From the sequence record NC_061447.1: DNA of 64,000 nt; one strand, 5' to 3'. Of the stretch, positions 7,589 to 17,600 are shown piece by piece. Numbering within the stretch: the stretch's first letter is position 1; the number at the start of each line of letters is the position of its first letter. The translations under genes were made by a program, and so were the position numbers. The notes under the pieces were generated by a model. That model made no database searches and was not told where the DNA came from. It saw only the letters and a list, made by a program, of their open reading frames with translations.

Positions 7589-9613
7589 TTATCCAAATAC
7601 TACGCTGGTGATAGCGAGATAATCGAGGTCGTTCGAGTCACCACGGTCACCGCCACCTTGAACACGCAACCAAATTTCTTGGCCAACAGGTATGTTCACA
7701 TCGAACGTGAAATACTGATACGTTCCGCTGTTGTTTGCAGGATTCTTAGCAGCGCCTTCACCAGCAGTGCGCTCGTAGATCTCAATTGTGTGCCAGCCAC
7801 CATTCTTACCGTCGTACACCCATGCGAAAGTGATTTGCTTAATTGGCTTAGTGAAGAAGTTACCCCACTTGAACCAACCATTCACGCCACCCCAGATGTT
7901 CATGTAGTTACCGTCGCGTGTCCACACTTGAGAAGCATTAGGAGAACCTGTACCGCGTCCACCTGTCTGTTCCCATGCGTTTGGTTGCCACGGCAGAACG
8001 TCTGAATCTGGCGGCTGATCGTTACCACCTTCGATTGTTACGCAACGATAAGGAACGGTGAAGTCACTCACGTTAATCTTAGGAGGCTGAATCGGACAGT
8101 ACACGAAGTATGACCAATCACATCCGATAGGCGCTGTCGCTCGGACAGTGATGTTAGAGCGCAGCACATGCTCAGGGTACTTCCAAAATTCGAGTGTGCC
8201 AGTCTTGCCCGCAGCAACGATAGAGGTATCGAGCACGTTCATGTCTTGGTCAAACACTTCGAACTTGGTGTCGAACGAGTTCGCAACACAGACAACAAGC
8301 TCTGCACGAATGTCCGATTGAGTTCCTAACGCAAAATTATCTTCTGTGGTTGGATGACCGGCAGAGTACACGCTGTAGCTCTGGCAAGGGTGCATGTATT
8401 CACGCGCACCACGTTCACCTGGACAGTACAGACTATAGAAGCAACTCGCAAGCGAGGCAGCGTTACCAAAGTCCTTACTGACTACGCGCACCATGATATC
8501 ACATGCAACACCTTGAGGGTCAAAGTAGAAATACAGATAACCCTCACCAGTACGAGCGTCAAGCGTCGTAGCGATACGGCGACCAGACTGATAGACCTCA
8601 ATGAAGTCGAATGTTTCCCACGAGGTGTAGTCGAGATACATCCAGCCTGCTGTCCAGCCGATGAAGTGATAGTATTCGAAAGCGTTAGCATTCTGAATAC
8701 GTTCAGCGATAGGCCAAACAGTTGCGTGACACGGCGCAGGGAAGATTGGGCTACCGATGTAGTCTGGATGAATGACGTCAGGGAAATTGATAACGTCATA
8801 CGATGCCTGACTATCGAGAGCTAATCCGCCACGGTCAGAAGGTGCGGCAAGGCGCGGAGGATATACTTCTAAGCTCCAGCCATAACCCTGCGTTGTACGC
8901 ACACGCACCATGATACGCATATCAGCAGCGTCAGGGTCGAACTGGAATTTGATGCGCGAGCGACCGGCCAGCTTACCACACGTCGATGCAACACGCACAC
9001 CCATGTGGTACACGTCAACACTAGCACCAGCTGGTGCATAGGACGCGATCATCAGCTCCACGTACCCTTCGATTGCTGGCATTGCATAATACGTCTCGGT
9101 GATAACAGCACCACGCCCATGAACAGAAGCGTAAGGTACGTTAGGGTTAGCATAAGTGCCTAGCCCTGCGCGAGAAGCAACACCAGTAGGGTCGTATGAT
9201 TCGATGGTCTTGATGCCGGGTCTATTGATAGATCGACCAGTAGGAGGAGAGAAAGAGTTAATAAGACCGAAGCCAGTGCGACCAGCATCAGGTAAATCAA
9301 ACCCTGCAGGATAGCCTTTGAGGATATCGTATTTCTCACGGCCACCACTCCCTATTCCGTTACCAGAACCTTTGGTAGTTGACGTTGGACCGCCACCACA
9401 TGCGCCCGTCTCAAGGTTTGAACACGGGTCATCATACGTAGGGTCGAAAGAGTCGTTAATTGGTAACCAACTCTTTCCCCACTGATTACGCACACTGAAT
9501 TTGTCTGGGCTTAATGGCGTCCAGTCTCCTGCATGTGTGCGTATGAACATGGGCGTGTCCACGCAGTCAAGCCAACCGTTATTCGCAGCATTACGAACGC
9601 GAAAACGTGACAT
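7589..9613 (-). CDS. Virion structural protein with three tandem beta-sandwich repeats
   Basis: 674 aa. Three roughly 100-aa units with ...I.VRV...Y(P/C)P endings, located in the fibre cluster. Confidence 0.7.
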   Translation of the reverse strand: MSRFRVRNAANNGWLDCVDTPMFIRTHAGDWTPLSPDKFSVRNQWGKSWLPINDSFDPTYDDPCSNLETGACGGGPTSTTKGSGNGIGSGGREKYDILKGYPAGFDLPDAGRTGFGLINSFSPPTGRSINRPGIKTIESYDPTGVASRAGLGTYANPNVPYASVHGRGAVITETYYAMPAIEGYVELMIASYAPAGASVDVYHMGVRVASTCGKLAGRSRIKFQFDPDAADMRIMVRVRTTQGYGWSLEVYPPRLAAPSDRGGLALDSQASYDVINFPDVIHPDYIGSPIFPAPCHATVWPIAERIQNANAFEYYHFIGWTAGWMYLDYTSWETFDFIEVYQSGRRIATTLDARTGEGYLYFYFDPQGVACDIMVRVVSKDFGNAASLASCFYSLYCPGERGAREYMHPCQSYSVYSAGHPTTEDNFALGTQSDIRAELVVCVANSFDTKFEVFDQDMNVLDTSIVAAGKTGTLEFWKYPEHVLRSNITVRATAPIGCDWSYFVYCPIQPPKINVSDFTVPYRCVTIEGGNDQPPDSDVLPWQPNAWEQTGGRGTGSPNASQVWTRDGNYMNIWGGVNGWFKWGNFFTKPIKQITFAWVYDGKNGGWHTIEIYERTAGEGAAKNPANNSGTYQYFTFDVNIPVGQEIWLRVQGGGDRGDSNDLDYLAITSVVFG

Positions 9614-9622
9614 GCTCTCTCC

Positions 9623-10114
9623 TTACGGCCTTACCCAGATGGCGCCCGGTGCAATCTCATTATCAATGGCTGGGTCGGTGTCTTGTACGAAGACCATTAC
9701 AGTACCAGGATTACCCGGTGCACCAGTAGGTCCAGTAGGGCCTGTAGGACCAGCAGGACCGCGATTACCTACATAGCCTTGCTTACCTTGTTGACCATCA
9801 GAGCCACGAGGACCAGGACAGCCATCAGTACCGCGACGACCATCGCTACCCATGAGACCATCAATACCATCACGGCCAGCAGGACCAACGCCACCAGCAG
9901 GACCGTAGCCGATGCTGTGTATTGTAGGCAGACCAGAAATCTGGAGCTTGCCGATATTAGGGATGTTAATCGCCAGTAGACCTGTAACTGCATCGAATGA
10001 GCCGCTGAGTTGGCTATCATCCTGAACAGTATCAACTGTGATTCCCCCTTCGGTCGCTACGACAGGACCAGAAGCATTGGCCTTAACGAGCGATATATCA
10101 ACTTTTTCTACCAC
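9623..10114 (-). CDS. Collagen-like protein (163 aa)
   Basis: GTG start with AGGAGG RBS, Gly-X-Y run, C-terminal VFVQDTDP...GAIWVRP motif. Confidence 0.85.
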   Translation of the reverse strand: MVEKVDISLVKANASGPVVATEGGITVDTVQDDSQLSGSFDAVTGLLAINIPNIGKLQISGLPTIHSIGYGPAGGVGPAGRDGIDGLMGSDGRRGTDGCPGPRGSDGQQGKQGYVGNRGPAGPTGPTGPTGAPGNPGTVMVFVQDTDPAIDNEIAPGAIWVRP

Positions 10115-10123
10115 GTTGCCTCC

Positions 10124-10756
10124 TTATGGCCATGTGATATTCTGATCTTTGGTAGGGTCCACCCAGATTGTGCCAGCAGCAACGTTCCCTGGGTTAGTAG
10201 CACTGACGATGATAGACAGGCGTCCAGCAGGACCTGCAGGGCCGGTAGGACCAGTCGGTCCAGTAGAACCAGTAGCGCCTGTAGGACCAGTACCGCCACG
10301 AGGGCCAGTAGGACCAGTAGGACCCATAGGGCCTGTTCTACCATCTGGGCCAGTAGGACCAACAGGGCCTGGTAATCCGTCACGGCCATCTGGTCCTGGG
10401 ATACCCTGCTCACCATCTGGACCCACAGGACCAGTACACCCAGGCTCACCTGGATTACCATCGCGGCCATCTCGTCCGTCTTTACCATCAGCACCTGTCT
10501 CACCTCTACCGCCCTGACGACCTTCAGGTATATCAGCAGCAGTAGGGAAGCCGCCTACCTTAACTGTCTGCCCGTTAGCAAACTTGAGAGTAAGAATACC
10601 CGAAGTTGCATCGAACGACGAATCGGAAGTTACCTCTGAGGGAACCTGTTCGTCGCTAGGGTCTATCGAGAGAACCCCAGACTGAGCACGAATCGCAGTA
10701 GGCGTAGACGAAGAACCAGCCTGAATGAGACCGGTCTTAACTTTAATCAGACTCAT
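10124..10756 (-). CDS. Collagen-like protein (210 aa)
   Basis: Long Gly-X-Y run rich in GPT, C-terminal IIVSATNP...GTIWVDP motif, TAATG coupling to the upstream gene. Confidence 0.85.
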   Translation of the reverse strand: MSLIKVKTGLIQAGSSSTPTAIRAQSGVLSIDPSDEQVPSEVTSDSSFDATSGILTLKFANGQTVKVGGFPTAADIPEGRQGGRGETGADGKDGRDGRDGNPGEPGCTGPVGPDGEQGIPGPDGRDGLPGPVGPTGPDGRTGPMGPTGPTGPRGGTGPTGATGSTGPTGPTGPAGPAGRLSIIVSATNPGNVAAGTIWVDPTKDQNITWP

Positions 10757-12195
10757 TACTTTTTCTCCGCTTTCGCAACAATATCCGTGTTGTGTGCGAG
10801 CACATCACCAACGAAATAACAATCAAATGGGTCAACGTCGATATCAACAGTCTTCACTTGATTATCTACGCGGCGGAACTCATACACTGACACAGGACCC
10901 TTACGACCAAGCACGGTATTCCCTGGCTGCACATCACGCGCAGGAATATAACGCCACACGCTATCGTCATATACAAGCACTGGATGTTCGTGTGTGAACT
11001 TCTGTCCGTTGATAACGAAGTAGTGATCTTCTTCGCCGTACTTCAAACCGACAACAGTAGCATTCACCAGATTACCTTTGAGACTTGGCGAAGACCACTG
11101 ACGGAAGTTCTTAGGCTGATTAGAGAAACTCAGCAGGCTATCACCTACACGTAAGTCCTCGGCAGCTTTAGGTCCTGTAATTGTTTCGACAACAGAACCA
11201 AACACAATACAGCCAGACGTTGAGCTTGTTGGGTTACGTGCAACAACTGTTAGCGCAGAACTCACAGTAACAGTAGGACGTGACGCTTGGCCCAGGTCAG
11301 TAACTACGCAACGGATTGTGCCTTTGATTGTACGATCAGCACCAAGTCCGAGACGCAGATAGAAGTTAACAATACACGTTGAGGTATCAGTAGCGCCAAG
11401 CGTTACGCCCTCAGTAGTTGTGATAGACCATTGATACTTATATGGACCTACACCACCACGCGCATTGACAGGAAGGTATGCAAGCGAAGTAAATACATCA
11501 GAGCCTTGCACTGCACGTTGACCTACCATGTACAGGTTAGACACTGACGCAGCAAGAGGCGTTATAGTAGGCAGAGGAGGTGCTGGCGTAACGTTTGCTG
11601 TAGGGTACAACCAAACGAACACACGACCATCTGTAGGCTGCGTGTTAGACTGAACAGCAGTTGTAATAGGCGCTGGACCAGTAGGCCCTGTAGCACCCGA
11701 GATGCAGCTTGCTCCAGTAGCGCCACGAGGACCGATGTTGCCAGTAGGACCAGGAGGACCGTCTGGGCCCGTAGGACCGTCTGGACCTTGACGCCCAGTA
11801 TCACCAGGAGGACCGTCTTCACCATCACGTCCTGGGTCACCAACAGGACCAGTCTTACCTTTAGAGCCAGGACCACCTTCGCAGCCCTGTCTGCCTGTTT
11901 CACCATCTCGACCATCACGTCCGTCACGGCCAGGAGCACCTGGAGCGCCTCGACGCCCAGGTTTCCCTTCACCGAACATAGCAATAGTAGGAAGTCCGGG
12001 GACGTTCACTACTTCCCCGTTCTTCTTGATGAACACCAACACGCCTGTCTTGCTGTTAAACCTTACGCTTGCGATCTGAGTATTCGTCGCTAAGTCCGTA
12101 GACTCAAACTCGACGCTACCATCAACACCGACCAGCGATTTACCTTCATCGTTAGCCGTTGTTTCGATTTGCGAAAGTTTTAACTGTGTTGTCAT
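10756..12195 (-). CDS. Collagen-like fibre protein with Ig-like domain and C-terminal Hint (intein-like) domain
   Basis: Gly-X-Y run, then [10 protein letters not shown] Ig-like domain. Hint blocks: G/CIVFGSVV (A), FTHEHP (B), VDIDVD (F), LAHN/T (G); Hint spans 10789..11211. Confidence 0.85.
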   Translation of the reverse strand: MTTQLKLSQIETTANDEGKSLVGVDGSVEFESTDLATNTQIASVRFNSKTGVLVFIKKNGEVVNVPGLPTIAMFGEGKPGRRGAPGAPGRDGRDGRDGETGRQGCEGGPGSKGKTGPVGDPGRDGEDGPPGDTGRQGPDGPTGPDGPPGPTGNIGPRGATGASCISGATGPTGPAPITTAVQSNTQPTDGRVFVWLYPTANVTPAPPLPTITPLAASVSNLYMVGQRAVQGSDVFTSLAYLPVNARGGVGPYKYQWSITTTEGVTLGATDTSTCIVNFYLRLGLGADRTIKGTIRCVVTDLGQASRPTVTVSSALTVVARNPTSSTSGCIVFGSVVETITGPKAAEDLRVGDSLLSFSNQPKNFRQWSSPSLKGNLVNATVVGLKYGEEDHYFVINGQKFTHEHPVLVYDDSVWRYIPARDVQPGNTVLGRKGPVSVYEFRRVDNQVKTVDIDVDPFDCYFVGDVLAHNTDIVAKAEKK

Positions 12196-14531
12196 TTCGG
12201 TTCAACCTTAATGCACAAGTTACCTGACAGCTTCGAACCGTAGCTTGTAATCTGCGCGTTAACGATACGCACCTTAGCAACGATATCAATGAAGCCTTGA
12301 GGTTGGTTTTCTATCAGCACCGTGAACATCTGCGTCAGGCTAACGTTTGAATACGCAATCACTTCTGTCAGACTCGCATCAGAAGTAACAACGTTAAAGC
12401 CAGCACTGCCTGTGCCTTTAAGGCCACGCCCATATTCAGCTTCGGATGTACCAGGCACCTTGAACGACAGAACATATTCGAGATGCTCTTTACCGCTGGT
12501 GGCAGCAAAGCCAGGACCGAGTTGACACTGGAAGTCGGCGACACACGTAAGCATGATGCCTTTCTTGAACTCGATGCGCTGCTGAATAACCAGCTCTTCC
12601 GAATCGTCCGCATTCTGCTGAATGTTGTACATGTTGCGTGGGTCAGCTTCTTCGGCGAGAGCCTGAGTATTACGAATTGTAATCTCTGGCCACTTGCCTG
12701 TAATCTGAATGCCCTCACCCTGAATGATTTCAGGTGCAGCGATAGGCACGTCGATAGGAGGCAGACCTTGACGTTTGAACATGTAGCCAGTCGGCGTAGG
12801 GATAGCATCAATGATAACGCCATCGACCGAACTGTCTTTCGAGCCTACTGCCATAACGTTCTCAAAGATTGTGATCTCAATGAGTGTGTCGGCAGGAATA
12901 GGCGACAACGTTTTCAGCACATTGCCCGCTACTGTGAAGTCCTGCGTGTGTACTGTCAGGCCACTCATGGCCATAACGCAGTGCGACTTGTTCAGCGGAG
13001 TAGTTGGCAGAACAAATGTATCAGCATCATAAGGCAGGCGATACTGAGCAACACGAATACGAGTAGACCAGTTGGCGCGTTCTTCATAGCGAGCTACATA
13101 GAATGTGTACTTCTGACCTGACGGGATTGCTTCGGTTAACGTTACGCTGTTACCATTCGTGAGTTTATACACGGTGGTAGGCTGCCACGTTGAACCAACG
13201 ACACAGAACACCATGTCAACGCTATCAATCGGTTTGTTGCCGAGTTTAAACAGCGCAGTCTGTCCGTCACCCACACCTTCGTATGTCTCAAACAGAACAA
13301 CGTGACCTTGAGAAGGCTCAACGCGGAACTGACGCATATCGAGTTGCATACGTTGTTCAGGATAAGACGAAAGCAGAAGCTGGTCATCAACAACACTGTA
13401 TGCAGTACGCGGCTGGAGAACACCTGACGTGCCAAGCAACAGGTCAGTTGAGCTATCGAGAATCTCAGATAGCGTGTAGCGCAGCTTATCAGGCGTTGCT
13501 GTAGTCACAACAGAACTGAATAACAGTTTGCCTGGAGGAACAAACAGCGTACCAGTTGTCTGACGAGTACCACCAGCAACAGGTCCCCAATACGGCTGCA
13601 AGTCTTTGCCTCTGTACAATGCCCACGCTTCTGGTACATCGTTATTCAGCGGCCACGGAATGCCAGCAGACGGAGTTGTTGGGTTAGTGATGCGTCGCCA
13701 CACGGCAATAGTTGTCTGTGCGCTAACGAATGGAATCGCGCTGTCCATGTTGACCAGTTGACCATTCGTGTATTTGAAGTGACGACACGCACCAGCGCCT
13801 GTACCAGAGATTGTCTGAATCAGAACAACCTCGTTAGCCTTCAACACTGAGGACAGCGAAGCAATCTTGAACGTGTTTGCGTTGATGAATCCTGCGGCAG
13901 TAATCTGTCCGCTGAACACACGGTCATGCTCACTGAAAGCCCAATAGTATGAGCCTTGTCCATAGCGATATGCAGTACCTGGAGAGCGTGTGCCGTCAGA
14001 GTTAACGTGCATATCAAGAACCGATACGGCATTGAACACGTTATCGCTCAAGCTCGGTAAGTTCTGGAGCGTTGCTACACTCGGTATGGATGTGTAGTCA
14101 GCCATTTTCACAGCAAGAATCTTTTGGATGTCCTGCTGAATATGTACGAGAAGGCTAACGCGGTTGATAGAGTTCGGTACGGCGATGATAGGCTCTTGCA
14201 GAACAACGTGACCAAAAGGTCGGTTGTCAGAAAGCATGATCAACAGCTCACCAACTCGTTTCAGTGCTTCACCTGCAACGTAGTTGACTTTAATATCAAA
14301 GATAAAGCGGGCACTGTTCTCGGTAAGAACCTGAACATATGACAATGCGCCCGACGCAAGCTCGCTGCCAAGTAACTGCTCTGGAACCACAGACGGGTTA
14401 GAGCCAACAAAGTCACCTGCTTTAAACGACACTGGTTGAATAGCAAGTCCACCAGCGTTAGCGTTCGCAACGGCCTGTTCTCCCTGAGGCGTTAGACGCA
14501 ATGCGTCAACGTAGATAGATTCAGTGGCCAT
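12192..14531 (-). CDS. Proximal tail fibre / tail-collar fibre protein
   Basis: N-terminus [16 protein letters not shown]...FKAGD resembles the P2 gpH / tail-collar fibre N-terminal domain. Three internal GDG.T..F.L...P-type repeats. AAGGAG RBS before ATG 14531. Confidence 0.7.
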   Translation of the reverse strand: MATESIYVDALRLTPQGEQAVANANAGGLAIQPVSFKAGDFVGSNPSVVPEQLLGSELASGALSYVQVLTENSARFIFDIKVNYVAGEALKRVGELLIMLSDNRPFGHVVLQEPIIAVPNSINRVSLLVHIQQDIQKILAVKMADYTSIPSVATLQNLPSLSDNVFNAVSVLDMHVNSDGTRSPGTAYRYGQGSYYWAFSEHDRVFSGQITAAGFINANTFKIASLSSVLKANEVVLIQTISGTGAGACRHFKYTNGQLVNMDSAIPFVSAQTTIAVWRRITNPTTPSAGIPWPLNNDVPEAWALYRGKDLQPYWGPVAGGTRQTTGTLFVPPGKLLFSSVVTTATPDKLRYTLSEILDSSTDLLLGTSGVLQPRTAYSVVDDQLLLSSYPEQRMQLDMRQFRVEPSQGHVVLFETYEGVGDGQTALFKLGNKPIDSVDMVFCVVGSTWQPTTVYKLTNGNSVTLTEAIPSGQKYTFYVARYEERANWSTRIRVAQYRLPYDADTFVLPTTPLNKSHCVMAMSGLTVHTQDFTVAGNVLKTLSPIPADTLIEITIFENVMAVGSKDSSVDGVIIDAIPTPTGYMFKRQGLPPIDVPIAAPEIIQGEGIQITGKWPEITIRNTQALAEEADPRNMYNIQQNADDSEELVIQQRIEFKKGIMLTCVADFQCQLGPGFAATSGKEHLEYVLSFKVPGTSEAEYGRGLKGTGSAGFNVVTSDASLTEVIAYSNVSLTQMFTVLIENQPQGFIDIVAKVRIVNAQITSYGSKLSGNLCIKVEPK

Positions 14532-14560
14532 CAAAGAACTCCTTGGGTTTTAACTCTTAT

Positions 14561-14568
14561 AAATTATC
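14561..14568 (-). promoter_or_regulatory. Variant of the candidate late-promoter motif (GATAATTT)
   Basis: One mismatch to GCTAATTT, 29 nt upstream of ATG 14531, directly after a terminator. Confidence 0.4.
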
Positions 14569-14570
14569 GT

Positions 14571-14610
14571 AAAACAAAAGGGAGCCGGGAACATATAGCT
14601 CCAGACTCCC
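14571..14610 (-). terminator. Rho-independent terminator
   Basis: GGGAGTC-TGGAGC-loop-GTTCC-C-GGCTCCC stem followed by TTTTGTTTT, just after the stop at 14617. Confidence 0.7.
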
Positions 14611-14616
14611 TTTATT

Positions 14617-17600
14617 TTATTGATAGCGAACTGTGATGACTGAGGAGCCGAATGCACGGGCGTTGGTGCGATAGATCAAGACGTTTTCTGTCAGGTTATC
14701 GTACACAATCTTACCTACAATTGGTCCCTTCTTACCGTTGTCTCCAGTTACTGGCCACTGAGCACCATCGAAGCCTTGCCACCCTTTGTTTACGTTGCCT
14801 GTACCGTCTGCGGCTGCTGCAAACACAGCGTTACCGTATGACTGTCTGACAACGAAGTAACCGTATTCGTCCTGTTTGGTAGACAACACGAACTGGCCAC
14901 CTGTCTTAGAACGTAAACGTGTAGGCAGTTGAGCAAGCGCGATACTCACACCTGTGATACCGAAAGGTGCAACACCGAAGCGTGGATAAGATGACATGGC
15001 TTTCATGAAGTGCGTCTGCGTAAGCGTCTGCTGTCCTTCAATGTAGATAGCCTTGACACCGAAGTCGGTATCGTTAAGCAACAGGCCTATGGTCAATCGT
15101 CCAGTCTGAGAGTTGATAGAGATGCCTTGAACATCAACCACGTCGCCCTTACTGTTAGTGACTTGCCATAAACACTTGGAGCTAACATCTTCTTTCACGA
15201 ACGTGCCAGTACGGCCGAGCAATGCGTTCATCTGCATTGAACTATCGTCACGCACATTCGTATATCCACCTACTGACAGGTCTTGTGGGAAACCGATGCC
15301 TGGGCAAGTGATTTCCTGAACGAGACTGATTTCAGTACGCTGCTCGGTGATGATACATTCCACTTTAACTTTCTGCGGGTCTTTCGATGCAGGGAAGCGG
15401 AAGGTACCGTCTTGGGCCAACGTAAAGCCACTGACAGACTCGACTATGTTCCACTTGAACTTAACTGAGTTCGCGTCAGGCAAACGGCTTGAGCCAGTAG
15501 CACCAGAGCGACGAGTATAGAACGCAGTGAATCGGTAGTCCGTGTTAGGGCTAATGTTGCCTGGAGGATTCTCGATATAGCCGTTGAGAATCGTGTTCTG
15601 CGTGTGAAGCTCAATCGTGCGGAAGCCTGTGATAGTTTCATCAGCAAGCGACTGTGGATTCTGCTTGGTAAACACAGCACGAAGGTTAATCAGGCCGTCA
15701 GACAATTGCGACTGACCAATGAACAGATGACCATTGAGCGGGTCAATCGACACACCATCAACGTTTGTCTCGTCACCGATAGACCAGATAGCGTCTGTGG
15801 TTGTGAGTTCGTCGTCAGGGTCGATGATAACACGCAAGCTGTATGGAACGTACCAGCGTCCATTCTCGTAGCCAATAGTTGGGTTACGATCAGACACATC
15901 CCACACTACATCAGGCCCAACGATACCAATCTGACGGAGATACGTATTCGCCTGCACAAGGAACACAAGCAACGTTTTCTCAATCTGATACTGGTCGCAC
16001 GTAAAGCGAGCACGAATCAGCACAGCACCGTTAACGTTCTGACTTGGTGTGAGTGAACCATCAGCATCAATCTCGGCAACACTGTCTGTGGTAGGAATAA
16101 GCACAGGCGTGTTGTTCGGTCCTGGTTGCGTGTAGTAGTTCTGCACAACAGCCCATTCCGAATCGACTTCAAGGTCAAACGTCTTTGGAGTTTCCTCAGC
16201 ATACGAACCATCGAGAGTACGCATCACGCCACCAGTCTTATACGTGTTGACCAGAGTGTATGACTCGGACAGCACATCAGCACTGATTTGCGTTGCACCT
16301 TCGATACGACTGTTAATGATGTTGTTGATACTCTGCTTAGGCGAAGGTGAAACGATCATATCAATCTTATTGCTCACTCGGAAGAATGAAGCGATAACCT
16401 GAGTATATGTATCGTACTCGTATTTCAGTTTGCCTGTTTGCAGAATAGCACCATCGTAGTAAGACTTGTTCAGGTCAGCGATACTACCAATTGCGTTGAA
16501 CATCGGCAGCTTGCTAACGTCCATTGAGCGGAAGTCTTTGTAGTCGAGAGGAGTACGGCCTTCGATGATTTCAACAACGGCCATGCCACTATAACGACCA
16601 GGCGAGAACTGTAGGAACTTGTACTCGTCTTCTTCCTTCTCTGGCCAGTTGCCTACCCATTCAGCAGCAGTCACATATTCCTGTGTGCCATCAACATAGG
16701 TCGCAAGCAAACGAACAAAGGTACGTGTCTTCTCATACATCGTATCAGGACATTCGATAGTGATACTATTCACCAACGAACGTGTTGGAATGAGTTGCAG
16801 GTCACGGTAGTTTGTGAGATGCGTTCCATCGTACTCATATTCCATAGTGATACGCGCAGAGCCATGCAGGTCACCCTGATAGTAAAGCACATACTCTTTG
16901 GTGCTGCGTCCCATTACAGGGTCATACACCGTGTTATTGCTCAGGCTTACGGTGAGAGTTACCCAACGTGCATAATCAGGATGGTCAGGGTCGAACTGGC
17001 TTGGGTCTTGGCCTTGCTCGACTGCTTGTTGCTGCAATCGAACTGTACGCGCCCTCGCTTCTTCCTTAGCTGAGTCAGATGGAATGTATTCGACCTTAAC
17101 AGCAGCCGCAGCAGCATAGGACAGGCCGTTATTCCACAGACAAACAACAGGCAGCATCAACGTACTACCGCTACTGATTGTTGGGCTTGAGCGCAGGTCT
17201 ACAGACTTCGGAATCATAATCGTATCGTTAACAAGAATGATTCGGTTGAACGTCACTGTGGCGCTACCATCAATGAACGTGAAGTTGAGAGCGTACTTAA
17301 CAGCATCACCGCTAACCAGAGGTGCTTCGAACTCACCTGTCTGCGTATCGACACGAGGCAGAGCGTTAACAGCCGTAGCTGTATCTTCGCTACTGAACCA
17401 CAGACCGTATACCTCAGTGTAAGCAACCACGATCGTTGGGTCACGCGCATCAATCTGTGCCTGAGTAGCAGAGGCCAACACATAGAGAGCCATCGCCTTC
17501 GGTCGAATGATATCACGCTCAACCACAGTCTCTGGAACAACGAGGTCAATCGTAGCCAGTTTGATATCTGGTGCTTTCAGCGTAACCTGCTTGACAGCCT

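Noticed and set aside
10756-11211. Mobile (homing) intein
   Set aside because: No endonuclease domain, insertion is not in a conserved enzyme motif, and only a 10-aa C-extein follows. Treated as a domesticated Hint domain, not a mobile element.
3960-11990. Periodic GGACC/GGTCC-rich DNA that might look like a CRISPR array or VNTR
   Set aside because: It is 9-nt periodicity from Gly-X-Y collagen codons, with no fixed repeat plus unique spacer structure and no cas genes.
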